Part shown: one piece after another, positions 9,099-17,996 of the stretch
How the letters are laid out: the number at the start of each line of letters is the position of its first letter
Numbering within the stretch: the stretch's first letter is position 1
Assembly: GCA_036336835.1 (NCBI GenBank)
Contig: JAYZFK010000002.1
Coordinates: 1-32,759, forward strand
Reading direction: 5' to 3'
Source: Myxococcota bacterium
GTDB lineage: Bacteria; Myxococcota_A; UBA9160; UBA4427
DNA: 32,759 nucleotides
Notes under the pieces: model-generated
Databases searched by the model: none
What the model saw: the letters and a program-made list of their open reading frames with translations, nothing else
Told to the model about the DNA's origin: nothing
Translations under genes and position numbers: made by a program

Positions 9099-9650
9099 TC
9101 AAAGCGGCTCGAAAGACGACACCGCAAAGGTTACGTCGAGCAGTGCAGAGTCGTCGACTCGCCGCTTGACCCGCAGGCTCTTGATACTCAGCAGCTGCTG
9201 TGATCCCTCGATGTTGTGCAGGTAGTCGACGGTCTGCTGCAGGGTCACGCTCTTGAGTTCCACCTCGACCTTTGTCTCGCGATACCGCTCGTTGGCCTGC
9301 GCCTGTCGCTCCTCCATCGACTCGATCTTGACGCCCGACGAAGAGGCGAGCGACTCGAGCAGGGTCAGCGGGTTGCGGTTCTGGCCGTTGGTGCGGATGC
9401 GCTGCTCGACAGCAGCGAGACGACTGGTTACCTCGGCGTGGTCGCGCCGCAATCTCTTCATCAGCTCGAGCTGCCGCTCTGCAGCGCCGACGCCCGAGCT
9501 GGTGCGGTCGGCGAGGGAGAGCAGCGGGCTCACGGCAAGGAAGGACACGGCCGCGAGCGTCCCGAGGGTGCCGGCGATGGCGACCAGGAAGCGCTCTCGT
9601 CGGGTGAGCTTGTCCCAGGCGTCGCGTGCGCGTGCGAGCAGCTCGTTCAC
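9099..9650 (-). CDS. gspM: Type II secretion system protein M
   Basis: WDKLTRRERFL followed by a TM segment, a coiled coil and a ferredoxin-like C-domain (VEVELKSVTLQQTVDYLHNIE). Located after gspL. Confidence 0.88.
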   Translation of the reverse strand: MNELLARARDAWDKLTRRERFLVAIAGTLGTLAAVSFLAVSPLLSLADRTSSGVGAAERQLELMKRLRRDHAEVTSRLAAVEQRIRTNGQNRNPLTLLESLASSSGVKIESMEERQAQANERYRETKVEVELKSVTLQQTVDYLHNIEGSQQLLSIKSLRVKRRVDDSALLDVTFAVSSFEPL

Positions 9651-11224
9651 GAGGGGGCTCCGCTCGAGCCTGTCAGGCTGATCGCAACGGTGAAGATCTT
9701 GCTGCCACCCTTCTTCGTCTCGATGCTCCCGGTGACTTCAGCGCTCTCGAACGGCGGCGAGGCAGCTATGGCCCGCGTGAGTCGCTCGGACGCCTCGAAC
9801 GTCTTGGCGGAGACCTTGATCCGGATCACGCGCCCCGCGATGTTCACCTCGTCGAAGCGGATGTCGAGATCCGAGGGGACGCGGCGCGACAGCTCGCCCA
9901 GCAGGTTGAAGGCGGAGTGGTTGCCCCCGTAGACGCCGAGGAAGTCGGCGAGTTCGCGCGCCTCCTCGATCTGCTCGGTCAGGGAACGAACCGGGTTGGC
10001 CGGGAGCGCGGTGCCGGGCACGGCTTGGCTGTACAGGCGCGCGATCTCGGTGTTCGCGAAGTCGGCGCGGCGCGAGTCGAGCGTCATCGAGGTCACGCCC
10101 CCTGCGAGCGCGAGCGCGGCCACGCCCGCCGCGAACATGGCGGTCGGCCGAAGGTCCTTGCCGAGGTAGTTCCGCAGATCGGTCTTGTAGCCGAACTCCT
10201 CCTGCCGGAAGTTGGTTCGGGTCGTGCCGCGGGCGGTTCCGCGCAGTGCCAGGGCGAGCGCCGAGGCGAACAGGGCGGGGTCTCCCGCGGCCAACAGCGC
10301 GGCGCTCTCGCCCTCGGGCGGTACTTGTGGCCGTGCAGTCGGGATCCCGGTGCGCTCGGTCAGGTACTCGTCGAGGCGGTGGAGTCGGGCGCTGCCGCCG
10401 ACCAGCGCGATGCCTTGGATCTGTTGGGCTCCGCTACCGCCGAGTACGCCCTCGACCGACTCGATCGTCCGCATGGTCTCGCGCGCGAGTCGGTCGAGCA
10501 CCCCGAGCGCACGCAGCGAGTTGCTGGCGAATCCGCTGCTGAAGATTCCGTCCTCGCACTTGCTGGCCTCGGCCTGGTCGAACTCGACACCGTGATCCAG
10601 GGCGAGCCCCTCGGTGATCTGCCGGCCTCCCAGGGCAACCGTGCGGGCCGATAGCGGAACGCCGTCGCGAACCACGCAGAAGCTCGTTCGCTGGTGACCG
10701 ACGTCTACGACCAGCCGGGTGTCGGTCCAGCCGAAGGCGGCGGCGAGGTTCGCCAGCACGACACCCTCGGCTTCGAGGATCCGCGGCTGGCAGCCCGCCT
10801 CGGCAAGCTCGTCGAGGCGCGCAGCGACGATCGTGCGCGGGGCAATGCACACCGTGAGCTGCGCATGGTCGCGGTCGCCGCCGATCAGCTCCCAGTCTAC
10901 GAGCACCTCGGCAAGGTCGAAGGGCGTCTCCGCCTCGACCTCGAACGGGACAGCCTGTGCAAGCCGCTTGCGATCGCGAAACGGAAACTCCATGCGGCGC
11001 ACCGACAGGCGATCGCCCGGCACCGCTGAGATGACACGGTCGGTTGGCAGCTGGTGCATGCGAAAGAAGCGGGGGAGCAGTTCGGTGAGCGGGCCATCGG
11101 GTGTGGGGCGCGGATGGATCCGCAGCTGTGCCGTCTCCACTCCGCGCAGCGTCTGGCGCAGCTCGACGGCCTTGATGGTGTGGGAGCCGAGGTCGAGGCC
11201 CACGACGCTGGTCATGATCTGCAC
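9647..11224 (-). CDS. gspL: Type II secretion system protein L (PilM-like actin fold, TM, PilN-like periplasmic part)
   Basis: VVGLDLGSHTIKAVEL, VPFEVEAETPF, VDVGHQRT, LGGRQIT, LVGGSARL, then NFRQEEF, a TM segment and a periplasmic domain. Start is GTG 11224 or ATG 11215. Confidence 0.87.
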   Translation of the reverse strand: MQIMTSVVGLDLGSHTIKAVELRQTLRGVETAQLRIHPRPTPDGPLTELLPRFFRMHQLPTDRVISAVPGDRLSVRRMEFPFRDRKRLAQAVPFEVEAETPFDLAEVLVDWELIGGDRDHAQLTVCIAPRTIVAARLDELAEAGCQPRILEAEGVVLANLAAAFGWTDTRLVVDVGHQRTSFCVVRDGVPLSARTVALGGRQITEGLALDHGVEFDQAEASKCEDGIFSSGFASNSLRALGVLDRLARETMRTIESVEGVLGGSGAQQIQGIALVGGSARLHRLDEYLTERTGIPTARPQVPPEGESAALLAAGDPALFASALALALRGTARGTTRTNFRQEEFGYKTDLRNYLGKDLRPTAMFAAGVAALALAGGVTSMTLDSRRADFANTEIARLYSQAVPGTALPANPVRSLTEQIEEARELADFLGVYGGNHSAFNLLGELSRRVPSDLDIRFDEVNIAGRVIRIKVSAKTFEASERLTRAIAASPPFESAEVTGSIETKKGGSKIFTVAISLTGSSGAPS

Positions 11225-11296
11225 GTCAGTCTTCTCCGCGTCCGTATCGGCCTGCGCTCTCTACTTGGTCGGGCCGCTCATGTCGTCTGGCGCGTC

Positions 11297-12340
11297 TCAT
11301 CGGCGGCGCCAAGCCAGAACCGTCGGTTGGCCGCCGCCACTTAGATCGAGCACGGCCTCGATCGACCGCGAGATATCGCCAACGGTCGCCTCGGTCACGA
11401 CCGTGAACACCCGCGGGCCACCGCCCAGCGCGGCCGGCAGAAAGATCGAGCCCTCGACGACTTCACTTGCGAGGATACATCGGTCGTCCGCGCTGCCTTC
11501 TTGGCACAAGATCCGGCCATCGTGCCGGGCGCGCAGGATCCGCCGGACGGTGTCCTCGCTGGCGAGCCGCCGGCTGCCCTGGTTGCCGTGGTAGACCGTG
11601 GCCAGGACGTGGGGCGGTGCGGTGTTCAGGTTGATGCCGGATCCCCCCGCTCTTGGGTGGACCGTCACATAGGGTCGGATGCCGTCGACCAGCACTGGAT
11701 CGAAGCCCTCGACCCGCTCCAGCTCGTCGATCGTGCGCAGCGGCTCGTTGGCGGGTGTGGAGGGTGGAATCTGGCTCTGGTACCAGTCGTTTTCGGAGCC
11801 GCCGCGCACCCGCTCCTCGTTCTCGTCGACGTAGTCGATCAGGCTGCGCGCGAGCTCTCGGGGATCCCCCCAGGTCCGCTCACCCGGCGGCACGGGCAGC
11901 TCGTCGATCACCTTCTCCAGGAATTCGACCAGGAACTCGATGGTCTCGTCGCCGACGAGATCGGTGGCCTGCCGCGCCGCCAGCACCGCATTCAGGTTGA
12001 GGCGCGAGCCGGAGTCGCGAACGTCGACCCGGAGGCGCCCGCCGTCCTCGGTCTCGATCTGATAGTCCTTCGCGCGCGCCCAGTCCGAGAGATGGGTGTT
12101 GGTCGGCACGGCCCCGTCCTCGTCGCCCTGGTCGCTGGCGATCAGAAAGGCTGCGATCTGGACGCCGCCGCGAGCGAGTGCGTCCGCGCGAGCCGCCGCA
12201 TCGCGATTGCGTGCGATCAGCGAGTCGATGGTGGCGCGGCGGGCGAACGCGATCACAGCCGTCGACATCAGCAGGCCGATGATCAGCACCAGGGCGAGCA
12301 CGATGCCGCCTTCCCGCTTGCGGCGGATCAGCGGCGGCAT
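11297..12340 (-). CDS. gspK: Minor pseudopilin GspK
   Basis: ATG 12340; leader RRKREGG|IVLALVLII without Glu5, which is typical of GspK. Motifs DSGSRLNLN, LIDYVD, ELERVEGF and INLNTAP..VL. Confidence 0.92.
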   Translation of the reverse strand: MPPLIRRKREGGIVLALVLIIGLLMSTAVIAFARRATIDSLIARNRDAAARADALARGGVQIAAFLIASDQGDEDGAVPTNTHLSDWARAKDYQIETEDGGRLRVDVRDSGSRLNLNAVLAARQATDLVGDETIEFLVEFLEKVIDELPVPPGERTWGDPRELARSLIDYVDENEERVRGGSENDWYQSQIPPSTPANEPLRTIDELERVEGFDPVLVDGIRPYVTVHPRAGGSGINLNTAPPHVLATVYHGNQGSRRLASEDTVRRILRARHDGRILCQEGSADDRCILASEVVEGSIFLPAALGGGPRVFTVVTEATVGDISRSIEAVLDLSGGGQPTVLAWRRR

Positions 12341-13296
12341 GCTGGGTACATATCGAGCGAGATTTCTGTGAAGCACATGTCCGCGTATTTCACGAAATGG
12401 GCCTGTTCGGTCTCCTTCAGCGCGGTGAAGGCTGCGTCCCCCATTGCCTCGCGGCACTCACCGAAGGTCTTGGACACCGGGCAGGGGGGAGGATGCATGA
12501 ATGCCCCCGATTCCTCCTCTTCGCCGCCGCCCCCGTTACCGCCGCCAAGGCCGAGTGCGACCTCGGGCGTCAGCGCCCTCTGGTAGAGCACCACGCGCTT
12601 GCGATACTCGCGGGGCTCGATCGTGTCGCCGAACTCTTCGCGCAGCGCGAGCTCCTCGGGGTCGAGCTGTGGCGGGAGCGCGAGCCGGATCTCGACGGCG
12701 ATGGGAAGCTCGCTCGAATCCACCAGGGCCGTCGAGTCCCACTCCTCGCTCCAGCCGCCGACGTCGTCGAGAAAGCGCAGCGAGAAGGCGGCCAGGTTCT
12801 CGGCGACCACGACCGCGTCTTCGTTGTCCGCGAGCGGGAATCCGTGATCCTCGGCCAGCTGGGGATTGACCCAGCGCAGCAGGTCGTAGCCGGTCAGCTC
12901 GTCGCCCTCGAGCCAGTAGGCATAGGTGGCGAGCCCCGATGTACTCGGGCGGTCGGGCGAGTACTGCGGGCTCGAGTGCGAGAGGGTCGTGAACATCACG
13001 CGGTCGGCGGCGAGCTGCCCGGTGTGGCTCTCGGCCTTGAACAGCCAGGGATGCGAGAGTGGATCTTCCTCTGCGTCGCGCACCAGCACGAAGGCGCCCT
13101 CGAGATCGCGCGCGACGCGATCGAGGACTGCCGTGGCCACGCGGATCTCGCGGGCGCCCTGGGTCGCTCGCTCGGTGTTGTTCATCATGGCGACGTACAT
13201 GGTTGCGAGCGAAGCGACCAGAAAGCCCGTGATCACCACGACGGCGAGCGTCTCGAGCAGTGTGAAGCCGCCGCGCATGTGAGCGCTCGGGCTCAT
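12328..13296 (-). CDS. gspJ: Minor pseudopilin GspJ with a Cys-containing C-terminal extension
   Basis: RGG|FTLLETLAVV prepilin motif; LDRVARDLEGA; FSLRFLD...WSEEWDS....LPIAVEIRL. Confidence 0.88.
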   Translation of the reverse strand: MSPSAHMRGGFTLLETLAVVVITGFLVASLATMYVAMMNNTERATQGAREIRVATAVLDRVARDLEGAFVLVRDAEEDPLSHPWLFKAESHTGQLAADRVMFTTLSHSSPQYSPDRPSTSGLATYAYWLEGDELTGYDLLRWVNPQLAEDHGFPLADNEDAVVVAENLAAFSLRFLDDVGGWSEEWDSTALVDSSELPIAVEIRLALPPQLDPEELALREEFGDTIEPREYRKRVVLYQRALTPEVALGLGGGNGGGGEEEESGAFMHPPPCPVSKTFGECREAMGDAAFTALKETEQAHFVKYADMCFTEISLDMYPACRR

Positions 13297-13853
13297 TGCT
13301 CCTCCGAGCGGTCGCGAGCGGGCTCGGACGACGTGGCCGGTTGCAGCTGCGCCAGCGAGTCGGGATCGATCAGGAAGGTCGTGCGCGAGGCCAGGGGTTC
13401 GGTGAGCTCGTCATCGGCGGCGAAGTTCGGCTCGAGGTACACGTGGATACGTAGCTGCTGCATGCTGAGCGGGCTGCTCTCGGCCTCGGGGGAGCCGTTG
13501 CGGGGATCCACGAACGGCGCTCCGCGCAGCGCACTGTTCGCCGGCGTGAGCCGGCTCAGCGGGTCGAAGGGCTCGGTCTCGACCTCGACGACGAACTCGG
13601 GCTCGCCGTCGAGGTCGAGGTCGCCGTACTCGTCCGTCTCGATCTCGAGCGGGAGTCCGAGGAGCGCCTGCGTCTCGGCGTCGGCGAGCACTTCGTCTGC
13701 CACCATCGACGCCTCGAGCAGCAGCTGAGCGTTGCCCTCTGCCGCGACTCCGCGCATCGCGGACGTCGACAGCACGAGGAACCAGATGCCGACGATCGCG
13801 ACCGCCCCCATTACCTCGATCAGGGTCATCCCCCGTTTGCTAGCCCTGGTCAT
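13293..13853 (-). CDS. gspI: Minor pseudopilin GspI-like
   Basis: KRG|MTLIEVMGAVAIVG prepilin motif; lies between gspH and gspJ. Confidence 0.78.
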   Translation of the reverse strand: MTRASKRGMTLIEVMGAVAIVGIWFLVLSTSAMRGVAAEGNAQLLLEASMVADEVLADAETQALLGLPLEIETDEYGDLDLDGEPEFVVEVETEPFDPLSRLTPANSALRGAPFVDPRNGSPEAESSPLSMQQLRIHVYLEPNFAADDELTEPLASRTTFLIDPDSLAQLQPATSSEPARDRSEEQ

Positions 13854-14427
13854 CGACGATCCTCACGGCGTCGAGCAACGGACTCACCTCGAGCACGAGG
13901 CCGGGCTCGTCGCCGATCTCGACCACGATCCTTGCGGGGTCGGAGCTGCCGTCGCCCTGGAACACGACGTGGAACTCGCCCGACTCGTACCAGCCCTCGT
14001 CGATCTCGGCCCCGCCGAAACGAAGCTGCTCGGCCAGCCAGGCCACGCGTCCCTCGGTACCCGGCACCGGCCGGTAGGAGGGGATGGTCTCGACCGGGGG
14101 AGACATCGGGATCGGCCCGCGCAGATCGAGCGGCGGCGGCGACTCGCCGTCCGGCAGCTCATCGAAATCTGTCACGAACCACTCGAGCTGGTACCAGCCC
14201 TCATCGAGTCCGATCAGGACGCGGTGCGGCTTGCCGGTGAGCACGGCGCGCTGGCGCGCGTACTCGAGGTGGGCTCCCAGCTCGCGCGCGCCGCCCCGCA
14301 GCCGTGCGCTGTCCGTCGCGCCAATGCTGGGTACGAACAGGAACAACAGCAGGCCCATGATCGCCACCACGGCGACCAGCTCGAGCAGCGTGAAGCCCCT
14401 TCGTCTGCGGTGGGCGGGGGTGGCCAC
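13840..14427 (-). CDS. gspH: Minor pseudopilin GspH/FimT-like
   Basis: RRRRG|FTLLELVAVVAIMG; ARELGAHLEYARQRAV; VVFQGDG. GTG start. Confidence 0.88.
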   Translation of the reverse strand: MATPAHRRRRGFTLLELVAVVAIMGLLLFLFVPSIGATDSARLRGGARELGAHLEYARQRAVLTGKPHRVLIGLDEGWYQLEWFVTDFDELPDGESPPPLDLRGPIPMSPPVETIPSYRPVPGTEGRVAWLAEQLRFGGAEIDEGWYESGEFHVVFQGDGSSDPARIVVEIGDEPGLVLEVSPLLDAVRIVDDQG

Positions 14428-14445
14428 GGTGCGCTCGACCGACGG

Positions 14446-14913
14446 CTAGCCGCCGGTCACCTCGTCGACCCAGTTGCCCACGTCGGCGTCGCTGCCCTCA
14501 CCACCCGGCGTCGAGTCCGCCCCCAGCGACCACAGGTCGAAACTGCGCGGGTTGTTGCTGCCCGGCCTGGAGTACTGGAGGTCTTCCTGCCAGCTGTCTT
14601 GGATCATGTTGCGCTTCACGTAGCCTCCGGGCTGCCAGCGCTTGGGCTCCGGGGTGCCGGACGGCCTCTCGACCAGGGCCATCAGGCCCTGCTCCGTGGA
14701 CGGGTATCGCGCGTTGTCCATCCTGTACATCTCGAGTGCCGCCTCGAGCTGCTTGATCTTGGCCTGGGTCACGGTGACGCGAGCGAGGTTGATCCGTTCC
14801 GCAACCTGAGTGCCGATCAGCGTCATCAGCAGCCCGATGATCATCACGACGGCCATCATCTCGAGCAGCGTGAATCCTTTGCGACGGCGGAGTCGCTCAA
14901 GTCGGGGTTTCAT
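14446..14913 (-). CDS. gspG: Major pseudopilin GspG
   Basis: ATG 14913; RKG|FTLLEMMAVV; ALEMYRMDNARYPSTEQGLMALV; DLWSLGAD.TPGGEG.DADVGNW. Confidence 0.96.
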   Translation of the reverse strand: MKPRLERLRRRKGFTLLEMMAVVMIIGLLMTLIGTQVAERINLARVTVTQAKIKQLEAALEMYRMDNARYPSTEQGLMALVERPSGTPEPKRWQPGGYVKRNMIQDSWQEDLQYSRPGSNNPRSFDLWSLGADSTPGGEGSDADVGNWVDEVTGG

Positions 14914-14924
14914 GGTCGGTCCTC

Positions 14925-16166
14925 TCAATTCAACGAGCTCGTGAGTGCGAGCAGGGGTTGAAGGGTAGCCAGGATGATGACCAGCACGACGCCGACCATC
15001 ACCAGGATCAGCGCGGGCTCGATCAGGGCCGTCATCCGCGTGATCGTGTTCTCGACCTGCTCGTCGTAGGTATCGGCGACCTTGGCGAGCATCGACTCGA
15101 GCTCCCCGCTCTGCTCGCCGACCTCGATCATCGTGGTGACCATGCTGGGGAACTGTCCGCTCGCCCGCAGCGGCGCGGCCAGCGGGGCGCCCTCGATGAT
15201 GGCTGTGCGGGCGTGGTCGACGGCCTCGGCGATCACCGTGTTGTTGGCGACCAGACGCGCAATGTCGAGCGATTTCACGATACCGACGCCGCTGGCGAGC
15301 AAGGTCGACAGGGTGCGCGTCAGCCGCGCGATCGCGAGCACCCGTACCAGCCCGCCGATCACCGGCAGCCGTAGTCGCAGACGATCGTAGAGCACGCGCC
15401 CTCGCTCGGTGCGCTTGAAGGCGCGCAGGCCGAGGCCCGCGCCGATCGCGCCGATCGCCAGCGCCCACCACCAGCCGCGCACGAAGTCGGAGGCGCCGAT
15501 GATCATGCGCGTGATCAGCGGCAGTGCCTGGTCCATCGAGATCATCAGCGTCGTGATCTGTGGCAGCACGACGGTGACCAGCACACCGACGACGGCCAAC
15601 GAGAACAGCAGCATCACGGCGGGGTACAGCATGATCGACAGCACCTTGTTCGACAGGCGCAGCTGGTCCTCGAGGTAGTCGGCGATTCGCCCCAGCACCG
15701 ACCCGAGCGCGCCGCTCGCCTCCCCGGCGCGAATCATGCTCAGGTAGAGGTCGTCGAACTGGCGGGTGCTCGCGAGCGCATCGGCCAGCGATGCGCCCTC
15801 GTTCACGCGATCGCGGATCTGCGCGAAGGTCGTGCGCAGTCGCGCGTGCTCGATCTGGTCGACCAGCGCCCCGAGCGACTCGACGAGCGGGATGCCCGCC
15901 GTCAGCAGCGTCGACAGCTGGCGCGTCGCCACCGCGCGCTCCATCGGCGGGATCCGGCGCAGCGCCAGCCGCGACAGGACCATGCTCAGGCGGCTGGCTT
16001 CACTGCTCGACTCGGTCCGCGCGCTGTCGGGGGCCTCGGCCAGCTCCGTGAGGTAGATGCCCTGGGTGCGCATCCGTGCGCGGGCCGCGCGGGCGTTGTC
16101 GGCCGAGACGGCGCCGTGGGTCTTCTTGCCGTTGTGGGCGACGCCCTTGTACGCGTACATCGGCAC
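14925..16166 (-). CDS. gspF: Type II secretion inner membrane platform protein F
   Basis: TRQLSTLLTAGIPL, VNEGASLADAL, MIRAGEASGAL, MIEVGEQSGELESML and IEPALILVM. Confidence 0.96.
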   Translation of the reverse strand: MPMYAYKGVAHNGKKTHGAVSADNARAARARMRTQGIYLTELAEAPDSARTESSSEASRLSMVLSRLALRRIPPMERAVATRQLSTLLTAGIPLVESLGALVDQIEHARLRTTFAQIRDRVNEGASLADALASTRQFDDLYLSMIRAGEASGALGSVLGRIADYLEDQLRLSNKVLSIMLYPAVMLLFSLAVVGVLVTVVLPQITTLMISMDQALPLITRMIIGASDFVRGWWWALAIGAIGAGLGLRAFKRTERGRVLYDRLRLRLPVIGGLVRVLAIARLTRTLSTLLASGVGIVKSLDIARLVANNTVIAEAVDHARTAIIEGAPLAAPLRASGQFPSMVTTMIEVGEQSGELESMLAKVADTYDEQVENTITRMTALIEPALILVMVGVVLVIILATLQPLLALTSSLN

Positions 16167-16271
16167 TGCGCGTGGTTCCCTGCTCGCGTCCGTGAGGCTC
16201 CCGCCGCGCTAGATCTGCGCGACGGTTCCTTCTTCCTCGGTGGCGCGCAGCACTTCGGCGATCGAGGTGAC

Positions 16272-17996
16272 TCACTTGAGGACCTTGCGGGCCCCGTCCG
16301 CCCGGAGCGTGCCCATGCCATTGGACACCGCCTTGTGTTTGATGGTTTTCGAGTCGATGTTGCTCGAGACCATGTTGCGGATCTCGTCGTCGACCAGCAT
16401 CAGCTCGAAGATGGCGAGCCGGCCGTGGTAGCCCGTCTGGCTGCAGGCCGGGCAGCCGACGGGTCGATACAGCTCGACGGGGCGGCCCGGGTGGCCAATG
16501 CCGATCTCGGCCAGCTCTTCCGGCGAGGCCTCGTAGGCCTCGCGGCACTCGCGGCACAGCACTCTCACCAGCCGCTGTGCCAGTACGCCGACCAGTGAGG
16601 AGCCGACCAGGAAGGGCTCGACCTGCATGTCGACCAGACGCGTGATCGCGCTCGCGGCGTCGTTGGTGTGGAGCGTCGAGAGCACCAGGTGACCGGTGAG
16701 TGAGGCCTGGATCGCGATCTCGGCGGTTTCGAGGTCGCGGATCTCGCCGACCAGCACGATGTTGGGGTCCTGGCGCAGGACCGAGCGCAGCCCGGCGGCG
16801 AAGGTGAGGCCGATCTTCGGGTTGACCTCGATCTGGCTTACGCCAGGCTGCTGGATCTCGACCGGGTCCTCGATCGTGATGATGTTCTTGTCGGCGTTGT
16901 TGACCTTGGCCAGCGCCGCATGGAGCGTCGTCGTCTTGCCGGACCCGGTCGGGCCGGTGACCAGGAAGATTCCGTTTGGGCGTCGGATGATGCGCTCGAC
17001 CGCGGCGAGCTGGGTCGGACCGAAGCCGATTCGCTCGAGGTCGAGCAGTTCCTGCGTGTCGGGCAGCAGGCGCAGCACCAGGCGCTCGCCGTAGGTGACG
17101 GGCACGGTCGACAGGCGGACGTCGTAGTCACGCCCCGCGATCTTGAGGCGGATGCGTCCATCCTGCGGCAGGCGCTTCTCGGCAATGTCGAGCCCGCCCA
17201 TGATCTTGATGCGCGACGCGATGCTCGCCTGGAGCGGGCGGGGCAGGGTCTTCATCGGCTCGTACAGCACGTCATCGATGCGGAAGCGGACTCGGACCTC
17301 GCGTTCGAAGGGCTCGATGTGGATGTCGCTCGCACGCTCCTTGACGGCGTGCTGGAGCAGCGAGTTGACCAGCCTGATGATCGGTGCGTCGTCGGTGGCC
17401 TCGAGCAGGTCTGTCGGTTCGTTGCCGATCTCGCCGGCAAGTGTGTCGAGGTCGTCCTCGGCCTCCTCGGCCAGCTGATCCGTCGAGCCGGGGCCGCGGT
17501 CATAGACGCTATTGATCACGTTCAGGATCAGGCGCTCGGAGGCAAGCTCGAGCTCGATTTCCTTGCCGCCGAACAGCAGCCGCAGGTCGTCGAGCGGGGC
17601 GGTGTCGAGTGGGCTCGCGGCTGCGACCCGCACTACGTCGTCGCCGCCGCCAGACAGCGGGATCAGGCGGTGCTGCTTGGCGAAGCCGATCGGGATGCTC
17701 GCGGCGAGCGCCTCGTCCACCTCGCTCGAGTCGAGCTCACTGCGCAACGGAATCGCCAGCTGCTCGGCGATGCCGGCGAGGACCTCCTCGGAGCCGAGCA
17801 TGCCTTCCTCGACCAGGATGTCGGCGAGCCGTTCACCCGTCGCCAGCTGGCGGGTGCGCGCCTCGCCGAGCTGCGCAGGCTCGAGCCGGGACGTGCGCAG
17901 CAGCACCTCGCCGAGGTCCAGCCGCTCTGCGGACGGGCCGCAGGCGTCTCCGAGGACGCCGCCCGCCGGCTGGGCACGACTGCCGGTCCCGCTCAT
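16272..17996 (-). CDS. gspE: Type II secretion ATPase E; ends at an apparently premature TGA, and the frame continues 20 codons to TAG at 16209-16211
   Basis: ASDIHIEP, LDIAEKRLPQDGRI, Walker A GPTGSGKT, TIEDPVE, LRQDPNIVLVGEIRD, TGHLVLSTLHTND, and a CxxC...CxxC zinc site. Confidence 0.96.
   Translation of the reverse strand: MSGTGSRAQPAGGVLGDACGPSAERLDLGEVLLRTSRLEPAQLGEARTRQLATGERLADILVEEGMLGSEEVLAGIAEQLAIPLRSELDSSEVDEALAASIPIGFAKQHRLIPLSGGGDDVVRVAAASPLDTAPLDDLRLLFGGKEIELELASERLILNVINSVYDRGPGSTDQLAEEAEDDLDTLAGEIGNEPTDLLEATDDAPIIRLVNSLLQHAVKERASDIHIEPFEREVRVRFRIDDVLYEPMKTLPRPLQASIASRIKIMGGLDIAEKRLPQDGRIRLKIAGRDYDVRLSTVPVTYGERLVLRLLPDTQELLDLERIGFGPTQLAAVERIIRRPNGIFLVTGPTGSGKTTTLHAALAKVNNADKNIITIEDPVEIQQPGVSQIEVNPKIGLTFAAGLRSVLRQDPNIVLVGEIRDLETAEIAIQASLTGHLVLSTLHTNDAASAITRLVDMQVEPFLVGSSLVGVLAQRLVRVLCRECREAYEASPEELAEIGIGHPGRPVELYRPVGCPACSQTGYHGRLAIFELMLVDDEIRNMVSSNIDSKTIKHKAVSNGMGTLRADGARKVLK

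Noticed and set aside
16272..16274. Genome-wide TGA recoding (Gly or Trp) or selenocysteine as the explanation of the gspE stop
   Set aside because: dnaK, lon, tldD, gspK and others end at TGA at their expected termini, often in ATGA overlaps. The position is normally Gly, not Cys.
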